A stretch of DNA of 53,983 nt from a virus (Duplodnaviria > Caudoviricetes). The position numbers and the translations under genes are program-made. The notes below the pieces were generated by a model. The model did no database searches, had not been told where the DNA came from, and saw nothing but the letters and a program-made list of their open reading frames with translations. The stretch spans positions 1 to 53,983 of IMG/VR virus record IMGVR_UViG_3300032313_001579, one strand, 5' to 3'. Below, piece by piece: positions 38,535 through 47,175 of the stretch (the first letter of the stretch is position 1; every line of letters begins with the position of its first letter).

Positions 38535-38914
38535 GAGCTAGAGAGTTTGTGTCTGAAAGTCGTGCAAAGTTGCCACCAGAGGCCGCAGGCCCCATGCATG
38601 ACACCTACATGTTGCCAGGTTTAAGAAACAACGATGCGTACCGCAGTTACAGATTTGGTGTGGCCATGGCTCGTGCTCGAGCCGACCTAGGCGGCCCCGG
38701 AAAAGACCTGCCCAAGTGGAACACAGAAAGTGCCATGGGCATGTATGGAATTATTGCTGGCTTTGATGAAACAGTGGATCCTGTAATAGATCTAGCACTC
38801 AAAATGACTGACATCAAAGGTGGGAAAATAGCTGTCAGCACAGACGACAGTGAAGAACCTGCCTATGTCACAACCCGAAGCCCCATAAATAGTTTCAAAG
38901 GATACCCAAGATAA
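38531..38914 (+). CDS. Putative internal protein, paralogue B
   Basis: MRAREFVSE N-terminus; ends SPINSFKGYPR; ATGA overlap. Confidence 0.65.
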   Translation: MRAREFVSESRAKLPPEAAGPMHDTYMLPGLRNNDAYRSYRFGVAMARARADLGGPGKDLPKWNTESAMGMYGIIAGFDETVDPVIDLALKMTDIKGGKIAVSTDDSEEPAYVTTRSPINSFKGYPR

Positions 38915-39522
38915 TGGCCAGCCCACCACCACCATATGATGACATTACCGGCATAAGCCGTGCTGTAATGAAAGACAATGCACAGGAAACCATCGCTAAT
39001 TATAATGGCGTTGCAAGACCTAGTGAATTAGTGGTCAACCAACTGACACAAGATATCTATGTGGGCAACGTCAATGGAAATCTAAATTTGGTCGCCTACG
39101 GATCTGGTGTTACCAGCACCACAACATTCAACCCACAGTTCACTGACGGATCCGGCACATTTGCTGGTGGCACCGCCACGGCATCTTTTGTGCGTATGGG
39201 TCCGCTGATGTTTATACATGTGTATGTGGATTTTGCAGGGGTCACCAACTTTGGCAGCACAGGTTATCAGATTACACTGCCTACCTCAGCTTTAAACACA
39301 TTTAGACTGGCCGGCGGCTCCCTGCATCAAACAGCTGGCGCTGGTGCTCCGGCTCTGTATCATATTGCCGGCATTGTAGACACAGTTGACAGCACTACAG
39401 TTATGAAACTGTATTATTCTGGGAGCACCACTGATCTAGTTTGGAAATTCAACACTCCGGCTGTTGGTGCATGGCAGTCAGGAGCACACTTTGATATCTC
39501 CGGCACCTACCAAATAGCTTAG
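38914..39522 (+). CDS. Structural-like protein (fibre-tip-type beta domain)
   Basis: G/T-rich, FVRMGPLMFIHV...YQITLP...ISGTYQIA; TAATG coupling. Confidence 0.55.
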   Translation: MASPPPPYDDITGISRAVMKDNAQETIANYNGVARPSELVVNQLTQDIYVGNVNGNLNLVAYGSGVTSTTTFNPQFTDGSGTFAGGTATASFVRMGPLMFIHVYVDFAGVTNFGSTGYQITLPTSALNTFRLAGGSLHQTAGAGAPALYHIAGIVDTVDSTTVMKLYYSGSTTDLVWKFNTPAVGAWQSGAHFDISGTYQIA

Positions 39523-39530
39523 ATACAAAT

Positions 39531-39968
39531 ATGAAAAAACTACTACTCACTCTTTTACTCATTCCATGTTTGGCCATGGCACAAAAAATGCCCAAGAATT
39601 CTGCCACCTATGACGCACAGATCATCAGAGTGAGTGACGGTGATACCATTGTAATTAGTGCACCATTCCTGCCTGCTCCACTCAAACCTGAACTGGCTTT
39701 GCGTGTGTTTGGTGTAGACACTCCAGAAAAAGGACATCGTGCCCAGTGCCCTAGCGAAGATGCTCGCGGTCAAGCCGCCAGTGAATTTACCAAAAATGCT
39801 GTAAAGAGCACCAAGAAGCATCAGGTCGTATTGTATTCTTGGGACAAGTTCGGCGGCCGTGTGCTGGGCGACATGATCCTGGACGGTGTCAGTCTACGTA
39901 GTGAACTGATCCGCAACGGCTTTGCACGTGAATACTACGGCGATGCCAAGCAGAGCTGGTGTCAATAA
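39531..39968 (+). CDS. Thermonuclease (SNase family) with signal peptide
   Basis: MKKLLLTLLLIPCLAMA signal; RVSDGDT, RVFGVDTPE, DKFGGRVLG, LIRNGFAREY. Confidence 0.9.
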   Translation: MKKLLLTLLLIPCLAMAQKMPKNSATYDAQIIRVSDGDTIVISAPFLPAPLKPELALRVFGVDTPEKGHRAQCPSEDARGQAASEFTKNAVKSTKKHQVVLYSWDKFGGRVLGDMILDGVSLRSELIRNGFAREYYGDAKQSWCQ

Positions 39969-39991
39969 TATATCTACCAAAACCCTGTAGT

Positions 39992-39997
39992 TAAATA
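39992..39997 (+). promoter_or_regulatory. Late promoter TAAATA (leaderless start)
   Basis: 5 nt before the radical SAM ATG at 40003. Confidence 0.7.
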
Positions 39998-40002
39998 GCA
40001 GT

Positions 40003-41133
40003 ATGAGCAATTTCTATTGTGCCGCCCCTTGGCGAGGCCTACACATCAATCCGCGTGGTGATGTCAAAACCTGTTGTGCAGGCGATCCCAACATGCTGGG
40101 CAATCTCAATACTCAAAGCATAGAAAGTATTCTGCATGGTCCTGTCATGCAAGAAATACGTCAAACTATTCGGCAAGGCCGTCCACATGAGCAATATTGC
40201 CACAATTGCATCCAAGCTGAACGCTATGGTCGCAGTGAACGCGATTGGCACAACACGGTCAGTCCAGAATTTGACCCAACAACAGCACCAGACGACGAAC
40301 ACCGTCCTGCCCTGATTGATGTGCGTTGGAATATTACCTGCAATCTGAGCTGTAATTATTGTGGCGACAAATGTTCGAGCAAATGGGCCGCATTGCAACA
40401 GGTGCCATTCAAGTCAGGTGCAAGACCATATTATCAGCAGGTTTGTGATTATCTCGAACACCATCGGTCGGCCATACGTGAAGTGGCCTTGGTCGGCGGT
40501 GAACCATTGTTGTTGCCAGAAAACGAACGACTGTTAGATGTCATACCAGATGATTGCATAGTGACATTGATAACCAATGTGTCGGTTGATTTGGCCTCAA
40601 ACAAAATTTTTAACAAATTAAAAACACGCAGTCAAGTGGGATGGAGTCTGAGTTTTGACAACATTGAATCACGTTTTGAATATGTAAGATACGGTTCCAG
40701 TTGGAACCTGTTGTTAAAAAATTTAAAGGTTATCAACAACCTGTTTGATCAACAAGGTCATTGGGGCGGAATACATGCTGTCTACAACATATACAATGCC
40801 ACACGATTGGTTGAATTTACCCAGTTTGCAAGAAGTCAAGGATTTACTATTCATTGGCAAAGTTTATATCAGCCAGACTGTTTAGATCCACAAAAATTAG
40901 GTTCTGCAACCATGTCATTGGCTCAAAAAGAAATTGAGCACTTGTTGACATTGGATATCTGTCTAGATTCAGAACGCGATTTTTTCCAACAAGTTCAACA
41001 AAATTTTAATTCCGTGCAGGATTTGAAAAATCAGTTTGCCGAACATACAAACAAGATTGAAACAATTTATCACACAGATCAACAAGGACAGTTTGAGATG
41101 TTATGGCCAGAACTGGAGTTCCTATGCAAATAA
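40003..41133 (+). CDS. Radical SAM enzyme with N-terminal twitch/SPASM-like domain
   Basis: FYCAAPW...GDVKTCC...GNL...CHNC precedes CNLSCNYC and VGGEPLL. Confidence 0.9.
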   Translation: MSNFYCAAPWRGLHINPRGDVKTCCAGDPNMLGNLNTQSIESILHGPVMQEIRQTIRQGRPHEQYCHNCIQAERYGRSERDWHNTVSPEFDPTTAPDDEHRPALIDVRWNITCNLSCNYCGDKCSSKWAALQQVPFKSGARPYYQQVCDYLEHHRSAIREVALVGGEPLLLPENERLLDVIPDDCIVTLITNVSVDLASNKIFNKLKTRSQVGWSLSFDNIESRFEYVRYGSSWNLLLKNLKVINNLFDQQGHWGGIHAVYNIYNATRLVEFTQFARSQGFTIHWQSLYQPDCLDPQKLGSATMSLAQKEIEHLLTLDICLDSERDFFQQVQQNFNSVQDLKNQFAEHTNKIETIYHTDQQGQFEMLWPELEFLCK

Positions 41134-41681
41134 CCCCAGTAGACGAATATGCAGATCTTTACATGGTCAGCAACATAGTGTCCTCTGAACTGGAGCAAAA
41201 GGTTCTTTCTACTCCCTGGATGGATCTAGAATTTGTCAAACAACCTGGACAAGAAAATTGGCCTCGTAGGCTTGTTGTAGACAAATATCTGCCGTGGTTG
41301 GATCAGTGGCAACACGAAATTTTACAAAGTTGGCCAGTTTTAGAACAGAGTTTGGGTGTAAAATTACAATCTTATTCAGGCACAGCATTTTGGTTAGACG
41401 AGCCTGGATTTACATGTGCCATACACACTGATGGTGAAATGCCAGGCAGTTTACACATCAGCTGGATTGGAGACAGTGGGCTAGGCACCACATTTTATCA
41501 TAGCAAAAATCGTAACAATGTGAGATTCCGCCACAAGTTTACAAGCAATTCGGGCTATGCCATGATCAACATGCCAGATCAGTCTGGTTATCGCCATCTG
41601 CAATGGCATGGCATGTTGGAACCAGTGCCCAAAAATTCATATAGACTTACTAGTTACACCTGGTTAGTACCTATTAAATAG
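41124..41681 (+). CDS. 2OG-Fe(II) oxygenase-like protein
   Basis: HTD...WHG...YR facial-triad pattern; start at 41124 after SD GGAG, overlapping the radical SAM stop. Confidence 0.75.
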   Translation: MQITPVDEYADLYMVSNIVSSELEQKVLSTPWMDLEFVKQPGQENWPRRLVVDKYLPWLDQWQHEILQSWPVLEQSLGVKLQSYSGTAFWLDEPGFTCAIHTDGEMPGSLHISWIGDSGLGTTFYHSKNRNNVRFRHKFTSNSGYAMINMPDQSGYRHLQWHGMLEPVPKNSYRLTSYTWLVPIK

Positions 41682-41684
41682 TCC

Positions 41685-41774
41685 ATGTTCAATAAAATAA
41701 AAAAACCTCGGCATGTTGGAGTATTTTATGCTCAACCAATGCCAGCAGAAAACATGCTCAAGGAGTTGGTATGA
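41685..41774 (+). CDS. 29-aa leaderless mini-ORF coupled to terminase
   Basis: ATG 4 nt after TAAATA (41675-41680); MFNKIKKPRHVGVFYAQPMPAENMLKELV; ATGA overlap with gp17. Confidence 0.4.
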   Translation: MFNKIKKPRHVGVFYAQPMPAENMLKELV

Positions 41775-43333
41775 CTGCAGAGAGCGCACTGGTCAAGGCT
41801 CCATACAAACGCACTACGTTTACTGACCAACAACTTGATGAATTTTTAAAATGTGCTGATCCAGTTACCGGTCCAGAATATTTCATGGACAACTTTTTTT
41901 ACATACAGCATCCCACACGTGGCAAGATGCTGTACCACCCGTTCGAATATCAATCACGCCTGATTCATACCTATCACAATTATAGATTTAGCATCAGCAT
42001 GATGCCCAGGCAAACCGGTAAGTCGACTTCGGCAGCAGGTTACCTGTTGTGGTATGCCATGTTCGTACCAGACTCAACCATCCTAATTGCCGCACACAAA
42101 TACACAGGCTCACAGGAAATCATGCAACGTATCCGATACGCTTATGAACTATGTCCAGATCACATACGTGCAGGTTGCACCAGTTACAACAAAGGTAACT
42201 TGGATTTTGAAAACGGATCAAGAATAGTTTCAACAACCACAACAGAAAACACCGGTCGTGGTATGAGTATATCCTTGTTATACGCAGACGAGTTTGCATT
42301 TGTTCGTCCCGGTATTGCCAAAGAATTCTGGACCTCTATCAGTCCGACCTTGGCCACTGGTGGTAAAGCAATTATTACTAGCACACCAAATTCAGACGAA
42401 GATCAGTTTGCTCTGCTATGGAAAGGCGCCAACCGTTGCGAAGATGAGTTTGGCAATCCCACGGATCTGGGCATTAATGGATTCCGTGCCTATCGCAGTT
42501 ACTGGAACGAACATCCAGACCGTGATGAACGTTGGGCCACCGAACAACGAGCACAGCTAGGCGAAGATCGTTTCAGGCGAGAGATGGGATGCGAATTTAT
42601 CATCAACGATGAAACGCTTATAGCTCCAGCCAAGCTGATAGATCTACAAGGACACGAGCCCTTGTATAAAACCGGACAGGTGCGCTGGTATCAACGACCC
42701 AGGAAAGATCGTACCTATGTGATAGCTCTAGATCCCAGCCTGGGTACCGGTGGCGATCCTGCGGCCATACAGGTGTTTGAAGCCGAAACCACTGAACAGG
42801 TGGCCGAATGGCGCCACAACAGAACCACCATACCTGAACAGGTACGTATTTTGACCAGTATCTGTGCCCATATCAATGAAACTGTGCAGAATCCGCAAAA
42901 AGTCTACTTCAGCATAGAAAACAACACCATTGGCGAAGCTGCCTTGATCAGCATAGCCGAATACGGAGAAGAAAATATCCAAGGCTATTTTCTCAGCGAA
43001 CCCAGTGGTGGCGGCAATCGCAGATATCGCAAAGGATTCAACACCACCAACAAGCCCAAACTGGCAGCCTGTAACAAGCTCAAATTGCTGGTAGAAACCG
43101 GTCGCATGAAAATACGTAGCTCGGGCCTGGTTTCAGAGCTCAAAACTTTTGTGGCTTCGGGCATGGGCTATGCAGCCAAACCCGGCGAAACTGACGATCT
43201 TGTTATGAGCACAGTACTGGCCATACGCATGTTACAGTTGCTCCAGACCTATGACAGTGACATCAATAATCAACTGCGTGATCACGGCGATGAGATTAGA
43301 CCACCCATGCCGTTCATAGCAGTATTGCGATAA
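41771..43333 (+). CDS. gp17: Terminase large subunit (T4 gp17-like)
   Basis: PRQTGKST Walker A, LLYADEFAF Walker B, ITSTPN, nuclease ALDPS...DDLVMS. Confidence 0.97.
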   Translation: MTAESALVKAPYKRTTFTDQQLDEFLKCADPVTGPEYFMDNFFYIQHPTRGKMLYHPFEYQSRLIHTYHNYRFSISMMPRQTGKSTSAAGYLLWYAMFVPDSTILIAAHKYTGSQEIMQRIRYAYELCPDHIRAGCTSYNKGNLDFENGSRIVSTTTTENTGRGMSISLLYADEFAFVRPGIAKEFWTSISPTLATGGKAIITSTPNSDEDQFALLWKGANRCEDEFGNPTDLGINGFRAYRSYWNEHPDRDERWATEQRAQLGEDRFRREMGCEFIINDETLIAPAKLIDLQGHEPLYKTGQVRWYQRPRKDRTYVIALDPSLGTGGDPAAIQVFEAETTEQVAEWRHNRTTIPEQVRILTSICAHINETVQNPQKVYFSIENNTIGEAALISIAEYGEENIQGYFLSEPSGGGNRRYRKGFNTTNKPKLAACNKLKLLVETGRMKIRSSGLVSELKTFVASGMGYAAKPGETDDLVMSTVLAIRMLQLLQTYDSDINNQLRDHGDEIRPPMPFIAVLR

Positions 43334-43336
43334 ATA
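43331..43336 (+). promoter_or_regulatory. Late promoter TAAATA
   Basis: Overlaps the gp17 stop, 7 nt before the next ATG. Confidence 0.7.
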
Positions 43337-43343
43337 ACTTACT

Positions 43344-45062
43344 ATGGCAGATATTACACCCGCTCGTAAATTGTTTGACCTTTTGATCAGCAGAGATTTT
43401 GATCCAGAAATGCTGGATGCCACAGGTCGCCCTGCAGAAGACCCTGCCGAAACAGAAATATTCAGCTTTGATTTCCGTGCCCAAAGCGGCCAGGATTATG
43501 GTACAGTTGTGATCATGCTGGGTGACAACAACGAACTTGAAGTTTATTGCTCGGACAACGTGGGCCGCGGCATAGAAGGCACAGACAAAAACGACTGGTT
43601 TGGTTTTTTGGAACAGCTCAAAAACTTTGCCACCCGTAATTTTATGAGCTTTGGCATCAAAAATCTCAACCGTTTGCGTTACAGCATGCAAGGGCAGGCC
43701 GCCATCAAGGAAGGCCTATTTGAGTCATGGTCTGGCAAACGAGACGTAAGTTGGAATGCTGGAGCCACAGAGAGCCGACTCATGATCAAACACAAACGGG
43801 TCATGGGCGAAGGCGAAGCTAGATTCCGTTGTGTAGAAAGCCTGTTTATTGAAACAGCCGAAGGTGAACGCTACAAGTTACCTTTCCGTAACCTCACAGC
43901 AGGCAAGGCCATGTTGGAGCATGTGCGTGCTGGTGGTCGCCCTTACGACCTTCGCGGACAACACATTGCAGAAATGGTCACAGAACTCACAGTGCTGAGT
44001 CGCTTCAAACGTGCCAATGCTGGCCGGTTATTGGAAGGTGACACAGCCACTCTGGTAGAGCAGGCCACTAACTATTTTGAAAACTTACGACACAATCTCA
44101 AGAGCCTGGCCACAAGAACAGGATACACACGATATTTTGAGTCATGGTCGCCCATGGAACTGTCAGAACAAGAAGTTGTGATTGAAGGACTCAAACATTT
44201 ATTTGTAACACAAAGCATCGATCAACGCATTGAAGAAGCATTGCCGTTGATTGCTAGGATTCAACAACAGGAAAACGCTATGAAAGAAGCCGCAATATTT
44301 GAATCATGGGCTGACCAGCTCATGGAAGGAACTTGGCAAACACCAGACACGCCAGAAAAACAACAGAAATTGATTGAACTACTCAGTACAGATCTGCCCG
44401 TGGGTGCCGACGCTACCAATGCTCAAGAACAACTGTATGACCTCCTGGGTGACGACGTGTTGTTTGATCAACTGCAGGCATTGGCTGATCGGGATGCCAA
44501 TGCTGATGCCCGTCAAGTCATCTTGAACCGCATGCAAGAATTAGATTCGGATCCAGATGTAATGAAAGTGATCACCAGCTTGAACATTGACGCCACAGCA
44601 GAGATGAATCCGCCTGAGCAGACTCCGGCTGATCTAGATACGGATCAAGACATGAAAGAAGCTGTCAAGGATCCTAAGGACCAAACTGAAGATCCGGCCG
44701 GCACTGCTCAACCAGACTATCCAGAGTATCAAGATGATTTGGCTAGTATTCTTAAAACAGCCGGAGTTCCTGAGCAGGAACAGCCAGCTCCGGACTATGA
44801 ACCGGAAGTGTCAGAAACAGCCAATCCAGGTGTGACACCGGCCGACATTGATGGTGTGCCTGCAGAGGAATTGGATGAAGCCAGCCGTTGCAACATGACC
44901 GAAGCTGGTGAAATGTGTCCAACACACGGACTCAAAGAGTGCGGTATGGAAGAAAGTGCATTGGCAGGACAGTACGGACATTCGGGCCGGATGAAGCCGG
45001 TAGACAAAGACACCACGTTCCTGGATCGTCTAAAAGAACTATCAGGCATGATGCGCAAGTAA
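43344..45062 (+). CDS. Hypothetical late protein with acidic, protease-site-rich C-terminus
   Basis: 572 aa; globular N-half; acidic tail with LFE/LLE/IFE/LME/LDE sites, a CNMTEAGEMCPTHGLKEC motif and a terminal LDRLKELSG helix like the scaffold's end. Confidence 0.7.
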   Translation: MADITPARKLFDLLISRDFDPEMLDATGRPAEDPAETEIFSFDFRAQSGQDYGTVVIMLGDNNELEVYCSDNVGRGIEGTDKNDWFGFLEQLKNFATRNFMSFGIKNLNRLRYSMQGQAAIKEGLFESWSGKRDVSWNAGATESRLMIKHKRVMGEGEARFRCVESLFIETAEGERYKLPFRNLTAGKAMLEHVRAGGRPYDLRGQHIAEMVTELTVLSRFKRANAGRLLEGDTATLVEQATNYFENLRHNLKSLATRTGYTRYFESWSPMELSEQEVVIEGLKHLFVTQSIDQRIEEALPLIARIQQQENAMKEAAIFESWADQLMEGTWQTPDTPEKQQKLIELLSTDLPVGADATNAQEQLYDLLGDDVLFDQLQALADRDANADARQVILNRMQELDSDPDVMKVITSLNIDATAEMNPPEQTPADLDTDQDMKEAVKDPKDQTEDPAGTAQPDYPEYQDDLASILKTAGVPEQEQPAPDYEPEVSETANPGVTPADIDGVPAEELDEASRCNMTEAGEMCPTHGLKECGMEESALAGQYGHSGRMKPVDKDTTFLDRLKELSGMMRK

Positions 45063-45087
45063 ATTTGTAATTAGAACAACCGCGTCA

Positions 45088-45126
45088 TAAATATTCATTG
45101 ACGCTACTCAAACCAGCGTGTATACT
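45088..45126 (+). promoter_or_regulatory. Tandem late (TAAATA) and sigma70-type promoters upstream of gp32
   Basis: TAAATA at 45088-45093; TTGACG(45098)-17 nt-TATACT(45121-45126). Confidence 0.75.
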
Positions 45127-45149
45127 TGTAAAAGTGTATGCGCTTTTTT
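45115..45149 (+). terminator. Terminator-like hairpin overlapping the -10 box
   Basis: AGCGTGTATACT/AGTGTATGCGCT 12-bp stem (3 G-U pairs) followed by a T run. Confidence 0.6.
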
Positions 45150-45226
45150 GTTAGCATCACAGGCAACGTAACATCTAAACATTTAGATAGGCAACACATA
45201 GTAAACTTTAGAAAGGCAACTTAACT

Positions 45227-46207
45227 ATGGCATCATTAGCAGAAATTCGCGCAAGACTAGCCGCTAGCGAATCAAAACAAGGCGGAAACTCCACAGGCGG
45301 TGACAACTCGATTTACCCACATTGGAACATGGAAGAAGGCCAAAGTGCCACGCTCCGTTTCTTGCCTGATGGTAATTCAAAGAACACATTCTTTTGGCAA
45401 GAACGGGCTATGATCCGCTTGCCATTCAATGGCATCAAAGGCGAAGCAGATTCTAAACAAGTCTACGTCCAAGTGCCGTGCATGGAGATGTGGCAAGAGA
45501 CCTGCCCAGTGCTGACGGAAGTACGCACCTGGTTCAAGGACAAGGCTCTGGAAGATATGGGTCGCAAATATTGGAAAAAACGCAGTTATATTTTCCAGGG
45601 TTTTGTTCGCGAGAATCCACTTGCTGACGACAAGACTCCTGAAAACCCAATCCGCCGTTTCATCATTGGTCCTCAGATCTTTACACTTATCAAAGGTGCA
45701 TTGATGGATCCAGAACTGGAAGAATTGCCAACAGACTTGATGCGTGGTCTGGACTTCCGTATCAGCAAGACATCCAAAGGCGGCTTTGCTGACTACAACA
45801 GTTCAAAGTGGGCACGCAAAGAATCGGCCCTTGCAGAAGCTGAACAGGCCGCGGTTGAAAAACACGGTCTGTTTGATTTGAGTACATTCTTGCCCAAGAA
45901 ACCTTCAGAGGCAGAAGTCCGGGTCATCAAGGAAATGTTCGAAGCGTCAGTAGACGGACAGACCTATGATACCGAACGTTGGGGTCAGTATTTCCGCCCA
46001 GCAGGTGTCAATGCTCCAGCAGGTGTATCCAGTGCCACACATGCCGACGAAGATGCTCCAGCACCGGCGGCCAAACCGGCTCCGGTAGCGGCCAGCAGTT
46101 TTGACGACGAGGATGATGCTCCGGTGTCAGCACCGGTAGAAGCCAAACCGGCAACTCAGAAAGCCGAAGATATTTTGGCCATGATTCGTGCTAGACAAAA
46201 GCAGTAA
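45227..46207 (+). CDS. gp32: Single-stranded DNA-binding protein (T4 gp32-like)
   Basis: ATLRFLPDG, CPV, KYWKKRSY, IGPQIF, GLDFRISK, DYNSSKW; acidic Ala/Pro-rich tail. Confidence 0.9.
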   Translation: MASLAEIRARLAASESKQGGNSTGGDNSIYPHWNMEEGQSATLRFLPDGNSKNTFFWQERAMIRLPFNGIKGEADSKQVYVQVPCMEMWQETCPVLTEVRTWFKDKALEDMGRKYWKKRSYIFQGFVRENPLADDKTPENPIRRFIIGPQIFTLIKGALMDPELEELPTDLMRGLDFRISKTSKGGFADYNSSKWARKESALAEAEQAAVEKHGLFDLSTFLPKKPSEAEVRVIKEMFEASVDGQTYDTERWGQYFRPAGVNAPAGVSSATHADEDAPAPAAKPAPVAASSFDDEDDAPVSAPVEAKPATQKAEDILAMIRARQKQ

Positions 46208-46209
46208 TC

Positions 46210-46239
46210 AAAAATAGTCCGGGTGTAACACCCGGACTA
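46210..46239 (-). terminator. Perfect 11-bp hairpin, terminator-like on the minus strand
   Basis: TAGTCCGGGTG-TAA-CACCCGGACTA; the T-tract is present only on the minus strand (A5 at 46210-46214). Confidence 0.55.
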
Positions 46240-46252
46240 AACTACTACACAT

Positions 46253-47161
46253 ATGAAATTTTCCTTGGTATTTGACAAATCTGGCGATACTCTGCCTTTT
46301 GAGGTAAAGTACAATCACAAATTGTTTGAATTCTTTGTAGACTATTCTAATCAACAAACACAAAATTCTTTTTCGAATAGTCAAATGTTGTACAAGGATC
46401 TTGACAAAAAAATTACACATCTGCATTGGGCAATTTCAAAAACCAACGAAGTGTTGTATTCATTAACAGGACAAACATTTGATCAACATACAAATTTAGA
46501 AAACTATCTAGATCAGAATTTTCTAAATAAAACTCACTGTGATTGGGTGTTTTCACAAAAAAAATCAGTCAACATTGACCAATTGAGATTTAGTAATATT
46601 TCAGATTTGGCAAGGATTGGCAATCAGTTGCATGAGTTATATCCTGACCATATACGGACTATACCAATAGCACCAGTATTGGAAAAATTGGGGTACATTT
46701 ACCCTTATGAAGAAGTTAACATGGGAGTTCATCGTCTTGAAAGTTCGTTTAACAAACAAAATTTAGAATTTAGTGCAGACAACAAGTGGGAAGTTTTTTC
46801 AAACCCTTATATAGACACCATGGTTTCCAACAACGATGTTGTGAATTTTAGTTTTGGATATACCTATGTTGGCCGGCAGTATTACAATAAATTTGAGTAT
46901 TTTGACAGTGACTTATTGTACAAAGACCATTATAATTATGAAACATTGGAATTTTCATTTCAGTTAAATTTGCAAAAGCCACAGACTATTTTGTATAGCC
47001 CGGAGTTGATTGAATGGTCGAAGAAGCACGATGTTCCAATGATAACTACACAGTTACCTATTGCCAACATACTAGACATTGAAACAAAGTTGTTTGAATA
47101 TAGAAAAATTTTGTACAGAAATTCTCGAGATAACAATCGAGTAAAAATTGTTTTAAACTAA
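46253..47161 (+). CDS. AT-rich hypothetical protein
   Basis: 302-aa ORF, visibly much more AT-rich than flanking gp32 and uvsX; rich in F/Y/N/K. Confidence 0.75.
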   Translation: MKFSLVFDKSGDTLPFEVKYNHKLFEFFVDYSNQQTQNSFSNSQMLYKDLDKKITHLHWAISKTNEVLYSLTGQTFDQHTNLENYLDQNFLNKTHCDWVFSQKKSVNIDQLRFSNISDLARIGNQLHELYPDHIRTIPIAPVLEKLGYIYPYEEVNMGVHRLESSFNKQNLEFSADNKWEVFSNPYIDTMVSNNDVVNFSFGYTYVGRQYYNKFEYFDSDLLYKDHYNYETLEFSFQLNLQKPQTILYSPELIEWSKKHDVPMITTQLPIANILDIETKLFEYRKILYRNSRDNNRVKIVLN

Positions 47162-47175
47162 GAAAAAGGAAAATC

